This document shows positions 38,276 to 51,686 of a stretch of DNA of 64,000 nucleotides, in pieces (position 1 is the stretch's first letter; each line of letters opens with the position of its first letter). The stretch comes from Octopus sinensis (Eukaryota): contig NW_021833284.1 in assembly GCF_006345805.1 (NCBI RefSeq), positions 14,515 through 78,514 of the forward strand, read 5' to 3'. Below the pieces are notes generated by a model, which saw only the letters and a list, made by a program, of their open reading frames with translations, had not been told where the DNA came from and ran no database searches. The position numbers were made by a program, and so were the translations under genes.

Positions 38276-39569
38276 TTTGATTCATATCCAGCCAAAACTG
38301 GCCAGATCTGGTCTCTCACACCAACCCTACAATGTCATTTTAAAAATTAACAGCTACCTCATCAAAATCTCAAAGCTACAAGATAATGCATGATTAGTTC
38401 AAAACAAAGTGGATGAAAAAGCATTAATTTTGGTAGAATAATGCGAACACTAAAAGGTTAATGGGTTGGATGGGTGCTGATGAAGGAGCAAAAACCCCTG
38501 AATTATGGCATATACACCCCTTATCCATTTTTCATCTTTGATCTCATTGTTTGTTTATATCTGATGTCTTGTATACGAAATGTTATAGCAAAAATGGTGG
38601 TGCCCCAGCATGGCCACAGCTCGTGAGCTGAAACTAGATAAAAAATTTTTTAAATAAAATAAAATAAACAATGGCTATAATTTCTATAGAATATCTGAAG
38701 AAATAACCTTAACAAAATAATGTTAAAAGCACTGCTATCACAGAAGTACAGGCTGTTGACTTATAAAGACATTTAATATAATTTATAGTATAGTATAGTA
38801 TAGTATAGTATGGTTGTGAAGGTGCATGGCTCAGTGGTTAGAGCTTGCAATCATGAGGTTGTAAGTTTGAATCCCAGACCAGACTGCGTGTTGTGTTCTT
38901 GAGCAAGACTCTTTATTTCATGTTGCTCCAGTTAACTCAACTGTAGAAATGATTTGCGATGTCACAGGTGCCAAGCTGTATTGGCCCCTTTGCCTTTCCC
39001 TTGGGTAACATCAGTGGCGTGAAGAGGGGAGGCCGGTATGCATGGGCAACTGCTGGTCTTCTATAAACAAACTTGCCCGGACTTGTGCCTTGGAGGGGAA
39101 CTTTCTAGGTGCAATCCCATGGTCAGTGCTGTGACCAAAAGGGGTCTCAGTATGGTTGCATAGCTAAATGCCATCTACCCACCATTCATTAATATATCTC
39201 TATGATCCCATAAAAAGTATATTCCAAGCTGTATCCAACGTTGATGAAGGGATGCTCCAACGCATCCTTAAAAATGTTTTAGCCCGAAGGCCGTGGCCAT
39301 GCTGAGGCAACACCGCCGCATATGAATAGAAATTGAGCATCGTCCAGATGTCTTGCATGCAACCAACGGGGCCCAGCTGGAAGGGTTCTGATATTTCTAA
39401 AAAACCATTATTCATTTATCTTTAATCTTTTATCATTTAGCTTTCACTTGTTTCAGTCATTGCACTGCGGCCATGCTGGGGCATCGCCCTCAAGAATTTT
39501 TAGTTGAATAAATTGCCCCCACTCTCCAGTACTTCTTTTTAAAAAAAAACTTGGTATTTATTCTATCTA

Positions 39570-40175
39570 TAGGCGCAGGAGTGGCTGTGTGGTAAGTAGC
39601 TTGTTTACCAACCACATGGTTCCAGGTTCAGTCCCACTGCGTGGCACCTTGGGCAAGTGTCTTCTGCTATAACCCCGGGCTGACCAATGCCTTGTGAGTG
39701 GATTTGGTAGACAGAAACTGAAAGAAGCCTGTCGTATATATGTATATATATATATATATAGGCGCAGGAGTGGCTGTGTGGTAAGTAGCTTGCTCACCAA
39801 CCACATGGTTCCGGGTTCAGTCCCACTGCGTGGCACCTTGGGCAAGTGTCTTCTACTATAGCCTCAGGCCGACCAAAGCCTTGTGAGTTGATTTGGTAGA
39901 TGGAAACTGAAAGAAGCCCGTCGTATATATGTATATATATATATATGCGTGTGTGTGTTTATGTGTCTGTGTTTGTCCCTCTAGCATTGCTTGACAACCG
40001 ATGCTGGTGTGTTTACGTCCCCGTCACTTAGCGGTTTGGCAAAAGAGGCCGATAGAATAAGTACTGGGCTTACAAAAGAATAAGTCCTGGGGTCGAGTTG
40101 CTCGATTAAAGGCGGTGCTCCAGCATGGCCGCAGTCAAATGACTGAAACAAGTAAAAGAGTAAAGAGTAAAGAGA
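39570..40175 (+). mobile_element. tRNA-derived SINE, family A (representative copy, duplicated head)
   Basis: A-box gtggctgtgtggt, B-box ggttcagtccc, core gcaccttgggcaagtg, internal (TA/TG)n, tail (gagtaaa)n. More than 20 copies or halves, e.g. 7695-8063, 9200-9600, 24930-25480, 29085-29455, 29655-30070, 31655-32022, 32168-32570, 32885-33283, 36215-36605, 54525-54940, 55515-55930, 60985-63720. Confidence 0.88.
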
Positions 40176-40250
40176 GTCTCTTTTGCCGAACTGCTAAGTC
40201 ACAGCGTATTAACCACACTGATGCTGGTGGTCAAACTGAGGCAGAAGACT

Positions 40251-40291
<41 letters not shown>

Positions 40292-40352
40292 CTGTTAAAT
40301 TTTTTTTTTTCATTTTTAAAAAATTTTATTCTTATTTCCGAATTCTTTTCAG

Positions 40353-40531
40353 ATGCCTCAATCCATTGTTCCGACTCGATTGCCTGGAGACCAATCGCAG
40401 ACCGCGCTTCTCATTGTGAATATTACTATGTCTGTCATTTTGGTCAGCTGTTACACGTTCCGTGCACACCCCCGCTCATCTTCAATGCCGTATACAACAT
40501 CTGTGATAAGAAAGAAAACACAGTGTGTTGA
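40353..40531 (+). CDS. Terminal exon of the + strand chitin-binding gene: second CBM14 domain
   Basis: gaattcttttcag|, phase-1 start in frame with the 37256 donor. DASIHCSDSIAWRPIADRASHCEYYYVCHFGQLLHVPCTPPLIFNAVYNICDKKENTVC then TGA, Cys spacing x15, x5, x9, x12, x7. The ORF track shows the wrong frame here. Confidence 0.9.
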
Positions 40532-40599
40532 ACGACCTCAACGATGCTTAGACTCACACCTTCAGAGAAACTCTTTATCTTTCCCTATATATATATATA

Positions 40600-40996
40600 C
40601 TAGCAGTATCGCCCGGCGTTGCTCGGGTTTGTAAGGGAAATAACTATATAAGCATTTTTAGTGATGTAAAGTATAATAGCCATCTCAATATGGCTAACCA
40701 CAAAGGGGGGTGTTACTGTAGCTTTTTATGTTCTGAGATTTAATAATAAATTTTTAGAGAGTTACTTCCCTCATATATATGCCAAAAATGCATTAAAAAT
40801 GGGAAAAATTGATGGTAAATTTTTTTTTTAAATCGTAGACTCATCGTAGACGCGCGCTAATACCCAGAAGGGCTCGATATGAATCACGACTATAAGATAC
40901 CCGGTTTTGGTTAAACTGCACCGCAAAATGTGGGAGTAGTTAGGAATCTAAATCGTAGGAGACAGACACACACAACCTCTCTTTTATATATAAAGA
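40600..40996 (-). mobile_element. Helitron family 1 copy
   Basis: Same termini (TC ... hairpin ... CTAG in an A|T site). It starts 69 bp after the stop codon of the + strand CBM14 gene. Confidence 0.83.
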
Positions 40997-41312
40997 TGTA
41001 TATATTCCCGGTCTGGGAATTGAAACCGTGATCCTCCGACCGTGAGTTCACTGCCCTAACCACTGGGCCCATTGCGCCTCCACAATAATAATAATAATAA
41101 TAATAACAACAACAACGACAACAATTACACGAATATTCGTTATTTTCCTTTTATTATTTGTATGATATTTATTCAGTGGTCATATGTGGAGTGTGACCCC
41201 TTTTAATTACAGAAAATAAAAGTCCTATATATATATTCCCGGTCTGGAATTGAAACCGCGATCCTCCGACCGTGAGTCCACTGCCCTAACCACTGGGCCA
41301 TTGCGCCTCCAC

Positions 41313-41389
<77 letters not shown>

Positions 41390-41929
41390 CAATTACACGA
41401 ATATTTGTTATTTTCCTTTTATTATTTGTATGATATTTATTCAGTGGTCCCATGTGGAGAGTGACCCCTTTTAATTGCAGAAAATAAAAGTATCTATTCT
41501 AAATCTATGAGGATCATGCTATATCCTAAGGACATCGACAATAACAATAATCCTTTCTACTAAAGGCACAGTGCCTGAAATTTTGGTGGGCGAGGGGTAG
41601 TCGATTGCATTGAGCCCCAGTGCTTAACTGGTACTTATTCAATCGACCCCTAAAGAAGGAAAGGCAAAGTTGACCTCGACAGAACTTGAACTCAGAACAT
41701 GACAACAAACAAAATACTGCTGAGCATTTCACCTCGCATGCTAACGATTCTGCCAGCTCATCACCTTCATAATAATAATAATGATAATAATAATAATGAT
41801 AATAATAATTATAACCAGCAGAGCATCACACCAAATCACAGCACATACCCAAGGCACACAGAGCTGCGATCGGTAGTGAAGTGAAAGCACGCTATAAAAA
41901 TAAAACTACTGAATAATAATAATAATTAT

Positions 41930-43322
41930 AAATGCCCTGATGCAGTACCAGGCAGTGGCTCCCATGGCTTCTGATCTTAACTGATTGGAAGTGTTATCAT
42001 GTACATTGTTTTGTCTTGGTATAAAAGATGGACTACAGCAAATATTCTGCTCAATACCACAGATTTGCTAATGCCCTGTTGCAGTACCAGGCAGTGGCTC
42101 TCATGGCTTCTGGTCTTAACTGATTAGAAGTGTTATCATGTACATTGTTTTGTCTTGGTATAAAAGATGGACTACAGCAAATATTCTGCTCAATACCACA
42201 GATTTGCTAATGCCCTGATGCAGTTACCAGGCAGTGGCTCTCATGGCTTCTGATCTTAACTGATTGGAAGTGCTATCATGTACATTGTTTTGTCTTGGTA
42301 TAAAAGATGGACTACAGCAAATATTCTGCTCAATACCACAGATTTGCTAATGCCCTGATGCAGTTCCAGGCAGTGGCTCTCATGGCTTCTGATCTTAACT
42401 GATTGGAAGTGCTATCATGTACATTGTTTTGTCTTGGTATAAAAGATGGACTACAGCAAATATTCTGCTCAATACCACAGATTTGCTAATGCCCTGATGC
42501 AGTTCCAGGCAGTGGCTCTCATGGCTTCTGATCTTAACTGATTGGAAGTGCTATCATGTACATTGTTTTGTCTTGGTATAAAAGATGGGCTACAGCAAAT
42601 ATTCTGCTCAATACCACAGATTTGCTAATGCCCTGATGCAGTACCAGACAGTGGCTCTCATGGCTTCTGATCTTAACTGATTGGAAGTGTTATCATGTAC
42701 ATTGTTTTGTCTTGGTATAAAAGATGGGCTACAGTAAATATTCTGCTCAATACCACAGATTTGCTAATGCCCTGATGCAGTACCAGACAGTGGCTCTCAT
42801 GGCTTCTGATCTTAACTGATTGGAAGTGTTTTCATGTACATTGTTTTGTCTTGGTATAAAAGATGGGCTACAGCAAATATTCTGCTCAATACCACAGATT
42901 TGCTTGTCAATTGTTTGACCTTAATCAGTTGAGCATGTCCCTTAGTGGCTGACGATATGTGCATCTCTGATCACGAGCAGAAATAGTTGGGGAGCATCAT
43001 AGCCATGTGTTGAGAGGGATTTTTTGGGGTTTGAATAATTCACCTCTGGAAATATGGGTATTTCATTCAACATCCTTAAACAACCCTTAATTAGGGACCT
43101 TTTGAGCAGGATGGGTTACTTGACCAGAAGAAAATTCTAACTGGGCCCCACCTGCAAGGTCATGTGCTGTTTATCTTGATATGAAATCACCATGTCGCGC
43201 ACATATGGTTGTGGTGCATGTGCCTAGTGTACCCTTATCAGATGAGTAGTCATGATGGGTATACTGGGCTTCGTATATTTTATCCCAGTGTCACTTTGAT
43301 GGCATGCGATGCTCTCTCACTC
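41930..43322 (+). mobile_element. (AAT)n-associated non-coding interspersed element with a 139-bp head repeated 7x
   Basis: Seven 139-bp units (41930-42903), then a ~420-bp body ending ctctctcactc-(AAT)n. The same structure occurs at 47232 and 56107. Confidence 0.85.
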
Positions 43323-43369
<47 letters not shown>

Positions 43370-43384
43370 CAACAACAAAAACAA

Positions 43385-43838
43385 CAACACTGTCCCAATC
43401 GATATAAACGTATCTTTCAAAACCTACCAAAAACTGAGTAATTATAAAGATATTGAAATAGAAATCAGCAAAATGTGGAACCTGAAGACTAAAACAATAC
43501 CTGTTGTCATAGGTGCCCTAGGAATGATAGCAAAAGGGGCTGATTTCTACCTAGCTCAGATACCAGGAAACCCCAAAATGGCAGAAATTCAAAAGATAGT
43601 GCTCATGGGAACTGCCCATATCCTACGCAAAATACTTTCTATGTAATCTCAAGTTTTAAAACAAACATAATTTTTGTATGGGTTTTTAGACATTCTCTAG
43701 AACAACACTATGTACAAAACCAAATATATGGCACCCTAGGCATAACACCAACATGAACTTCTAACTTGTTGTCTCTTGAGGTCTCTGGGTGAGACTTGGG
43801 GCCAACTTGTACAAATGCAAAGCAAAAGTCAAACATAA
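43385..43838 (+). mobile_element. R4/Dong-type LINE 3' end (restriction-like endonuclease tail plus 3' UTR) inside (AAT)n
   Basis: KLSNYKDIEIEISKMWNLKTKTIPVVIGALGMIAK...IQKIVLMGTAHILRKIL. Flanked by AAT/AAC repeats on both sides, consistent with Dong-type TAA targeting. Confidence 0.85.
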
Positions 43839-43846
43839 GATAATAA

Positions 43847-43894
<48 letters not shown>

Positions 43895-44172
43895 TGATAA
43901 AAATAATAATAACAATAATCCTTTCTATTAAAGACACAAGGCCTGAAATTTTGGGGGAGGGGATGGGATGAGTCGATTACATCAACCCCAGCGTTTCACT
44001 GGTACTTAATTTATTGACCCCTGAAAGGATGTATGTCAAAGTCAACTTGGAGGAATAATAATAATAATAACAACAACAACAACAACAACAACAATCAATC
44101 AATATTCATTGATAACATACAGAGACACTTGTAACATTAACCTAAACACAATAAATTTTTCCCATTTCACAT

Positions 44173-44339
44173 TCAGCACTTGAAGTCCTTATTGAAATCA
44201 CAAATCTGCTTGTCATAATTGAACGTCAGTCCTTTGGGGCATTCGAAGAGCATTCCTTTATATTCGTTGCAATAAATGAATTTCGTGCAGGCTTTGGGGT
44301 GTGGAAATAGTCCATATTTCTTCGGACAGCCGTAAATAT
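44173..44339 (-). CDS. Terminal exon: CBM14 domain 3 with stop
   Basis: tgcttgtttttcag|, phase-1 start. DIYGCPKKYGLFPHPKACTKFIYCNEYKGMLFECPKGLTFNYDKQICDFNKDFKC then TGA (x12, x5, x9, x12, x7). Confidence 0.93.
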
Positions 44340-44617
44340 CTGAAAAACAAGCAGAAGACAAAGTTTACATCCATCGAATGTTTAAATATCTGACAGGAAC
44401 TGGTTGTTAATACAGCACTTGTAATTTTGGGGGAAAATTCATTTTATCTTCAGGGAGAAGCATTTTTGAGTATCATACAGACAGGACAGTAATATTTTGA
44501 ATACAGTATAGCCATGAAAACAGTCGAAAGATTGGACATTTTACCCTTGAGAGGACCCATGAGCCAATTGCACTCGTGCTAGTGGCCTGTAGAGAACACC
44601 TTTTGAGCATTGGGCCT

Positions 44618-45462
44618 CACGGAGGCAAAGTGGCTGAGTTCCTTTCGGGTGCTGGGCCCCATAAAGGTAAAGTGGCTGAGTTCCTTTCGGGTGTTGGGCC
44701 CCATAGAAGTAAAGTGGCTGAGTTCCTTTCGGGTGTTGGGCCCCATAGATTAAAGTGGCTGAGTGCCTTTCGGGTGTTGGGCCCCATAGAGGTAAAGTGG
44801 CTGAGTTCCTTTCAGGTTTTGGGCCCCATGGAGGTAAAGTGGCTGAGTTCCTTTCGGGTGTTGGGCCCCATAAAGGTAAAGTGGCTGAGTTCCTTTCGGG
44901 TGTTGGGCCCCATAGAGGTAAAATGGCTGAGTTCCTTTCGGGTGTAGGGCCCCATAGAGGCAAAGTGGCTGAGTGCCTTTCGGGTGTTGGGCCCCATAGA
45001 GGCAAAGTGGCTGAGTTCCTTTTGAGTGTTGGGCCCCATAGAGGCAAAGTGGCTGAGTTCCTTTTGAGTGTTGGGCCCCATAGAGGTAAAGTGGCTGAGT
45101 GCCTTTCGGGTGTAGGGCCCCATAGAGGTAAAGTGGCTGAGTGCCTTTCGGGTGTAGGGCCCCATAGAGGTAAAGTGGCTGAGTGCCTTTCGGGTGTTGG
45201 GCCCCATAGAGGTAAAGTGGCTGAGTGCCTTTCGGGTGTTGGGCCCCATAGAGGCAAAGTGGCTGAGTTCCTTTTGAGTGTTGGGCCCCATAGAGGTAAA
45301 GTGGCTGAGTGCCTTTCGGGTGTAGGGCCCCATAGAGGTAAAGTGGCTGAGTGCCTTTCGGGTGTTGGGCCCCATAGAGGTAAAGTGGCTGAGTGCCTTT
45401 CGGGTGTTGGGCCCCATAGAGGCAAAGTGGCTGAGTTCCTTTCGGGTGTTTGGCCCCATGGA
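44618..45462. repeat. 42-bp minisatellite, about 20 units
   Basis: Unit ggtaaagtggctgagtgcctttcgggtgttgggccccataga. The period is a multiple of 3, so open frames arise on both strands. Confidence 0.92.
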
Positions 45463-45823
45463 AGCAATGACCGAGACCTTTGGCATTATGTCATGCTTGA
45501 GAAGAAGACTCCTCGAGCCGAACAAAGTCACAGTCTTGGCAGATACCGGTGTCACAGAAATTGGCACCCAAGCCGGAAATTGAACTCACAACCTTTTGAC
45601 CATGAGCTAAATAGCCTAAACACTAATCCATGAGCTTTCATCCTGGCTTCGTAGTGGTGATGGATTGGCAAAGCTAATAGCTTCATGATTTTGACGAAGG
45701 ATTGTAACTTGTAACAACTCTTTGATCTTGCGTGGCACTTTGGGCAAGAGCTTTCTACTCTAGCCTCAGGCCAACCAAGGCTTTGTGAATGGATTTGGGA
45801 GATGGAAGCTGAGAGAAGCCCAT

Positions 45824-46499
<676 letters not shown>

Positions 46500-46534
46500 A
46501 TCAGAAAATAGTAGAACCAGTTCGTGTAACTTGC

Positions 46535-46609
46535 CTTTGGAAGGTTTTTCAACGGAAGAACTTCGACTGGGGCCTGGGTCACCTTCCTTCTGTTGACTGC
46601 CAACACTTC
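46535..46609 (-). CDS. Probable exon 4: 75-nt Ser/Gly-rich linker with a GC donor
   Basis: Acceptor catcctctcacag|, reads GSVGSQQKEGDPGPSRSSSVEKPSK, ends aaag|gcaagt (GC-AG consensus). Symmetric phase 1-1, open frame, in a unique-sequence island between microsatellites. Confidence 0.62.
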
Positions 46610-47231
46610 CTGTGAGAGGATGAATATATATATAAAAACATCAAAAATACAATAAAACTAATGATTTGTGAGGGAGACATGAAGAATTTTTTTTCCAGGG
46701 AAGGCCCAGTCAGACATAATGATAAAAACGTTGGCCCTTTTCAAGTCTAGCCAGGCTCATGGGCCCGGTTTCCTAGTTTCTGTGGCATATGTGTTCCCCG
46801 CAGCTGGACGGGACGCCAGTCCATCGCAGCATTACTCAAGAAACAGGAAGAAAGAGTGAGAGAAAGTTGGGGCAAAAGAGTACAACAGGGGTCACCACCA
46901 TCCCCTGCTGGAACCTCGTGGAGCTTTAGGTGTTTTCGCTCAATAAACACACACAACGCCCGGTGTGGGAATCGAAACCGCGATCCTCTGACCGCAAGTC
47001 TGCTGCCCAAACCACTGGGCCATTGCGCCTCCTTCCCAGTCAGATTTACCGAATTAATATTCTGTTTTATTTTATTGATTCCTGCCCACTGAGGGATGAA
47101 AGGCCAAATAGACTTTCATGGAGTTTGAACTGAGAATGTAAAGAGATCTTGTCAAACATTGCAAGGTATTTTGTTTGACACACAACCTACTGCCAAATTA
47201 TTATTAATAATAATAATCATAATAATAATAA

Positions 47232-50200
47232 TAATTATAATAATGCAGTACCAGGCAGTGGCTCTCATGGCCTCTGATCTTAACTGATTGGAAGTGTAAT
47301 CATGTACATTGTTTTGTCTTGGTATAAAAGATGGGCTACAGCAAATATTCTGCTCAATACCACAGATTTGCTAATGCCCTGATGCAGTACCAGGCAGTGG
47401 CTCTCATGGCTTCTGATCTTAACTGATTGGAAGTGTTATCATGTACATTGTTTTGTCTTGGTATAAAAGATGGGCTACAGCAAATATTCTGCTCAATACC
47501 ACAGATTTGCTAATGCCTTGATGCAGTACCAGGCAGTGGCTCTCATGACTTCTGATCTTAACTGATTGGAAGTGTTATCATGTACATTGTTTTGTCTTGG
47601 TATAAAAGATGGGCTACAGCAAATATTCTGCTCAATACCACAGATTTGCTAATGCCCTGATGCAGTACCAGGCAGTGGCTCTCATGGCTTCTGATCTTAA
47701 CTGATTGGAAGTGTTATCATGTACATTGTTTTGTCTTGGTATAAAAGATGGGCTACAGCAAATATTCTGCTCAATACCACAGATTTGCTAATGCCTTGAT
47801 GCAGTACCAGGCAGTGGCTCTCATGACTTCTGATCTTAACTGATTGGAAGTGTTATCATGTACATTGTTTTGTCTTGGTATAAAAGATGGGCTACAGCAA
47901 ATATTCTGCTCAATACCACAGATTTGCTAATGCCCTGATGCAGTACCAGGCAATGGCTCTCATGGCTTCTGATCTTAACTGATTGGAAGTGTTATCATGT
48001 ACATTGTTTTGTCTTGGTATAAAAGATGGGCTACAGCAAATATTCTGCTCAATACCACAGATTTGCTAATGCCTTGATGCAGTACCAGGCAGTGGCTCTC
48101 ATGACTTCTGATCTTAACTGATTGGAAGTGTTATCATGTACATTGTTTTGTCTTGGTATAAAAGATGGGCTACAGCAAATATTCTGCTCAATACCACAGA
48201 TTTGCTAATGCCCTGATGCAGTACCAGGCAGTGGCTCTCATGACTTCTGATCTTAACTGATTGGAAGTGTTATCATGTACATTGTTTTGTCTTGGTATAA
48301 AAGATGGGCTACAACAAATATTCTGCTCAATACCACAGATTTGCTAATGCCTTGATGCAGTACCAGGCAGTGGCTCTCATGACTTCTGATCTTAACTGAT
48401 TGGAAGTGTTATCATGTACATTGTTTTGTCTTGGTATAAAAGATGGGCTACAGCAAATATTCTGCTCAATACCACAGATTTGCTAATGCCCTGATGCAGT
48501 ACCAGGCAGTGGCTCTCATGGCTTCTGATCTTAACTGATTGGAAGTGTTATCATGTACATTGTTTTGTCTTGGTATAAAAGATGGGCTACAGCAAATATT
48601 CTGCTCAATACCACAGATTTGCTAATGCCTTGATGCAGTACCAGGCAGTGGCTCTCATGACTTCTGATCTTAACTGATTGGAAGTGTTATCATGTACATT
48701 GTTTTGTCTTGGTATAAAAGATGGGCTACAGCAAATATTCTGCTCAATACCACAGATTTGCTAATGCCCTGATGCAGTACCAGGCAGTGGCTCTCATGGC
48801 TTCTGATCTTAACTGATTGGAAGTGTTATCATGTACATTGTTTTGTCTTGGTATAAAAGATGGGCTACAGCAAATATTCTGCTCAATACCACAGATTTGC
48901 TAATGCCCTGATGCAGTACCAGGCAGTGGCTCTCATGGCTTCTGATCTTAACTGATTGGAAGTGTTATCATGTACATTGTTTTGTCTTGGTATAAAAGAT
49001 GGGCTACAGCAAATATTCTGCTCAATACCACAGATTTGCTAATGCCCTGATGCAGTACCAGGCAGTGGCTCTCATGGCTTCTGATCTTAACTGATTGGAA
49101 GTGTTATCATGTACATTGTTTTGTCTTGGTATAAAAGATGGGCTACAGCAAATATTCTGCTCAATACCACAGATTTGCTAATGCCCTGATGCAGTACCAG
49201 GCAGTGGCTCTCATGGCTTCTGATCTTAACTGATTGGAAGTGTTATCATGTACATTGTTTTGTCTTGGTATAAAAGATGGGCTACAGCAAATATTCTGCT
49301 CAATACCACAGATTTGCTAATGCCCTGATGCAATACCAGGCAGTGGCTCTCATGGCTTCTGATCTTAACTGATTGGAAGTGTTATCATGTACATTGTTTT
49401 GTCTTGGTATAAAAGATGGGCTACAGCAAATATTCTGCTCAATACCACAGATTTGCTAATGCCCTGATGCAGTAACAGGCAGTGGCTCTCATGACTTCTG
49501 ATCTTAACTGATTGGAAGTGTTATCATGTACATTGTTTTGTCTTGGTATAAAAGATGGGCTACAGCAAATATTCTGCTCAATACCACAGATTTGCTAATG
49601 CCCTGATGCAGTACCAGCCAGTGGCTCTCATGGCTTCTGATCTTAACTGATTGGAAGTGTTATCATGTACATTGTTTTGTCTTGGTATAAAAGATGGGCT
49701 ACAGCAAATATTCTGCTCAATACCACAGATTTGCTAATGCCCTGATGCAATACCAGGCAGTGGCTCTCATGGCTTCTGATCTTAACAGATTGGAAGTGTT
49801 ATCATGTACATTGTTTTGTCTTGGTATAAAAGATGGGCTACAGCAAATATTCTGCTCAATACCACAGATTTGCTAATGCCCTGATGCAGTACCAGGCAGT
49901 GGCTCTCATGACTTCTGATCTTAACTGATTGGAAGTGTTATCATGTACATTGTTTTGTCTTGGTATAAAAGAGGGGCTACAGAAAATATTCTGCTCAATA
50001 CCACAGATTTGCTAATGCCCTGATGCAGTACCAGACAGTGGCTGTCATGGCTTCTGATCTTAACTGATTTGAAGTGTTATCATGTACATTGTTTTGTCTT
50101 GGTATAAAAGATGGCCTACAGCAAATATTGTGCTCAATACCACAGATTTGCTAATGCCCTGATGCAGTACCAGACAGTGGCTGTCATGGCTTTTGATCTT

Positions 50201-50700
50201 AACTGATTGGAAGTGTTATCATGTACATTGTTTTGTCTTGGTATAAAAGAGGGGCTACAGAAAATATTCTGCTCAATACCACAGATTTGCTTGTCAGTTG
50301 TTTGACCTTAACCAGTTGAGCATGTCCCTTAGTGGCTGACAATATGTGCATCTCTGATCATGAGCAGAAGTAGTGGGAGAGTATCATAACCATGTGTTGA
50401 GAGGGATTCTTTGGGGTTTGGATAATTCACCTCAGGAAACATGGGTGTTTCCTTCAACATCCTTAAGCAATCCTTATTCAGGGACCTTTTGAGCGGGATG
50501 GGCTACTCGAACAGAAGAAAATTTTAACTGGGTCCCACCTGCAAGGTCATGCGCTGTTTATCTTGATATAAGATCACCCTGTAGCGCACATATGGTTGTG
50601 ATGCATGTGTCTGGTGTACCCTTATCAGATGGGTAGTCATACTGGGCTTCATATATTTTACCCCAGTGTCACTTTGATGGCATGAACAGCTCTCTCAGTG
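47232..50700 (+). mobile_element. Same element, head repeated ~22x
   Basis: Period 139 bp (47371 to 47510). The array ends at 50290 and runs into the same body sequence. Confidence 0.88.
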
Positions 50701-51660
50701 ATAACAGCAGCAATAGCAACAACAATAGCAATAACATCGATAATAACTGCAATGGCAATAACAACATCAACAACAACAATAGCAAGCATAGCAACAACAA
50801 CTACCATAAGAACCGAAACAGCAACCATGATGATAACATCAATAATAACAATGAGGATGATAAAAACAATAACAACAACAACAGCATTAACAACAATGAC
50901 TGTCATAACAACAGCTATAACAGGAGCAATGATGATAACAACAACATTAGCAACAGCAATGATGATAACAACAATAATGAAAAAACTGAACCAATAGCAA
51001 CAACAATGAAAAAAGGCTACAACAATAGCAACAACTACAAAAATCAAAAGCTACATTAGCAACAACAATGAAAGAAACTACACCAATAGCAACAACAATG
51101 AAAGAAAGCTACAACAATAGCAACAACAATAAAAGAAGGCTACAACAATAGCAACAACAATGATGATAACAAAAGCAATAGCAACAACTATGAAAGAAGG
51201 CTACAACAATAGCAACAACAACAAAAAATGTTAAGACTACATTAGCAACAACAATGATGATAACAACAGCAATAGCAACAAAAATGAAAGAAAGCTACAA
51301 TAGCAACAACAACAACAAAAATCAAAAGCTACATTAGCAACAACAATGAAAGAAACTACACCAATAGCAACAACAATGAAAGAAAGCTACAGCAATGGCA
51401 ACAACTACAAAAATCAAAAGCTACATTAGCAACAACAATGATGATAACAAAAGCAATAGCAACAAAAAATGAAAGAAAGCTACAATAGCAACAACAACAA
51501 CAAAAATCAAAAGCTACATTAGCAACAACAACAATGATGATAACAACAGCAATAGCAACAAAAATTAAAGAAAGCTACAATAGCAACAATAACAACAAAA
51601 ATCAAAAGCTACATTAGCAACAACAATGATGATAACAACAGCAATAGCAACAATGATGGC
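50700..51660. repeat. (CAA/AAT)-rich compound repeat with recurring aaaatcaaaagctacattagcaacaac blocks
   Basis: Seen directly. It ends about 30 bp from the exon 3 donor of the - strand gene. Confidence 0.88.
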
Positions 51661-51686
51661 TGATGTGCATTGCCAAAATCCCTTAC

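Noticed and set aside
50658-51059. Asn-rich, Thr/Ile-rich and Val-rich ORFs
   Set aside because: Translations of a (CAA/AAT) compound microsatellite with no splice or domain support.
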